Part shown: positions 62,311-64,000 of the stretch, in pieces
Numbering within the stretch: position 1 is the first letter of the stretch
Layout: the number at the start of each line of letters is the position of its first letter
DNA from: Eledone cirrhosa
Taxonomy: Eukaryota
Reading direction: 5' to 3'
DNA: 64,000 bases
Assembly (NCBI GenBank): GCA_964016885.1
Contig: OZ024742.1
Location: 15,376,001 to 15,440,000 of the forward strand
Made by a program: the position numbers and the translations under genes
The notes under the pieces: generated by a model
Seen by the model: the letters and a program-made list of their open reading frames with translations, nothing else
Told to the model about the DNA's origin: nothing
The model's database searches: none

Positions 62311-64000
62311 ACAAATAATATTTTAAAAGCAGTAGACTATGGTAACGAACAATACATAAAAGGAATATGGTAACAAACGATATTTTAACGACTGGAAAAT
62401 GGTAACACGATATTTTAACGACTGGAATATGGTAACAAACGATATTTTAACGACTGGAATATGGTAACAAACGATATTTTAGAGGCGATGGAATATAGTA
62501 ACGAGCAATACATTAAAACTGGAATATGGTAACGAGCAATACATTAAAACTGGAATATGGTAACGAGCAATACATTAAAACTGGAATATGGTAACGAACA
62601 GTACATTAAAACTGGAATATGGTAACGAACAGTACATTAAAACTGGAATATGGTAACGAACAGTACATTAAAACTGGAATATGGTAACGAACAGTACATT
62701 AAAATTGGAATATGGTAACGAGCAGTACATTAAAACTGGAATATGGTAACAAGCAATACATTAAAAACTGGAATATGGTAACGAGTAGTACATTAAAAAC
62801 TGGAATATAGTAACGAGCAATATATTAAAACTGGAATATGGTAACGAGCAATACATTAAAACTGGAATATAGTAACGAGCACTACATTAAAACTGGAATA
62901 TGGTAACGAGTAGTACATTAAAAACTGGAATATGGTAACGAGCAATACATTAAAACTGGAATATGGTAACGAACAGTACATTAAAACTGGAATATGGTAA
63001 CGAACAGTACATTAAAACTGGAATATGGTAATGAACAGTACATTAAAACTGGAATATGGTAACGAACAGTACATTAAAACTGGAATATGGTAACGAACAG
63101 TACATTAAAACTGGAATATGGTAATGAAGAGTACATTTAAAACTGGAATATGGTAATGAACAGTACATTAAAACTGGAATATGGTAACGAACAGTACATT
63201 AAAACTGGAATATGGTAACGAGCAATACATTAAAACTGGAATATGGTAACGAACAGTACATTAAAAACTGGAATATGGTAACAAGCAATACATTAAAAAC
63301 TGGAATATGGTAACGAACAGTACATTAAAAACTGGAATATGGTAACGAACAGTACATTAAAACTGGAATATGGTAACGAGCAATACATTAAAACTGGAAT
63401 ATGGTAACGAACAGTACATTAAAAACTGGAATATGGTAACGAGCAATACATTAAAAACTGGAATATGGTAACGAACAGTACATTAAAAACTGGAATATGG
63501 TAACGAGCAATACATTAAAACTGGAATATGGTAACGAACAGTACATTAAAAACTGGAATATGGTAACGAACAGTACATTAAAAACTGGAATATGGTAACG
63601 AGCAATACATTAAAACTGGAATATGGTAATGAACAGTACATTAAAAACTAGAATATGGTAACGAGCAATACATTAAAACTGGAATATGGTAACGAGCAAT
63701 ACATTAAAACTGGAATATGGTAACGAGCAATACATTAAAACTGGAATATGGTAACGAGCAATACATTAAAACTGGAATATGGTAACGAGCAATACATTAA
63801 AACTGGAATATGGTAACGAGCAGTACATTAAAACTGGAATATGGTAACGAGCAGTACATTAAAACTGGAATATGGTAACGAGCAGTACATTAAAACTGGA
63901 ATATGGTAACGAACAGTACATCAAAAACTGGAATATGGTAACGAGCAGTACATTAAAACTGGAATATGGTAACGAGCAATACATTAAAACTGGAATATGG
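62311..64000. repeat. 31/32-bp satellite Sat3: ACTGGAATATGGTAACGA(G/A)CA(A/G)TACATTAAA(A), runs off the right edge
   Basis: Homogeneous from about 62490. Diverged monomers at 62311-62490. Confidence 0.98.

Noticed and set aside
62490-64000. Sat3 as the same family as Sat1 (both 31 bp)
   Set aside because: They share only TGGAA and TACATT, at different spacing. This is insufficient for direct monomer homology.

Overview
Eukaryotic, repeat-dominated window. The repeat families suggest an animal genome, probably a coleoid cephalopod such as Octopus; this is inference. Bases 1-40761 are one 31-bp satellite (about 1,300 monomers) with a two-state AT/GG variant code and irregular higher-order repeats. 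The remaining 23 kb is a nested stack. It holds TTAA-flanked piggyBac-type MITEs (two families), a piggyBac transposase relic, a foldback element, tRNA-derived SINEs, a 6.9-kb composite Helitron-like block carrying a palindromic TA minisatellite, three RTE-clade LINE copies, and two further satellites. The two long LINE copies both carry a C4HC3 PHD finger inside the RT region. One candidate 101-nt polyQ exon of a + strand host gene lies at 49668-49768, so the window may be mostly intronic. Most ORFs in the supplied track are repeat artefacts. The most notable signals are the PHD-bearing RTE, three satellites that begin at a shared CAGTGGAA-TAGT motif, a satellite apparently born from a MITE terminus, and RTE 3' UTRs shared with a SINE tail.
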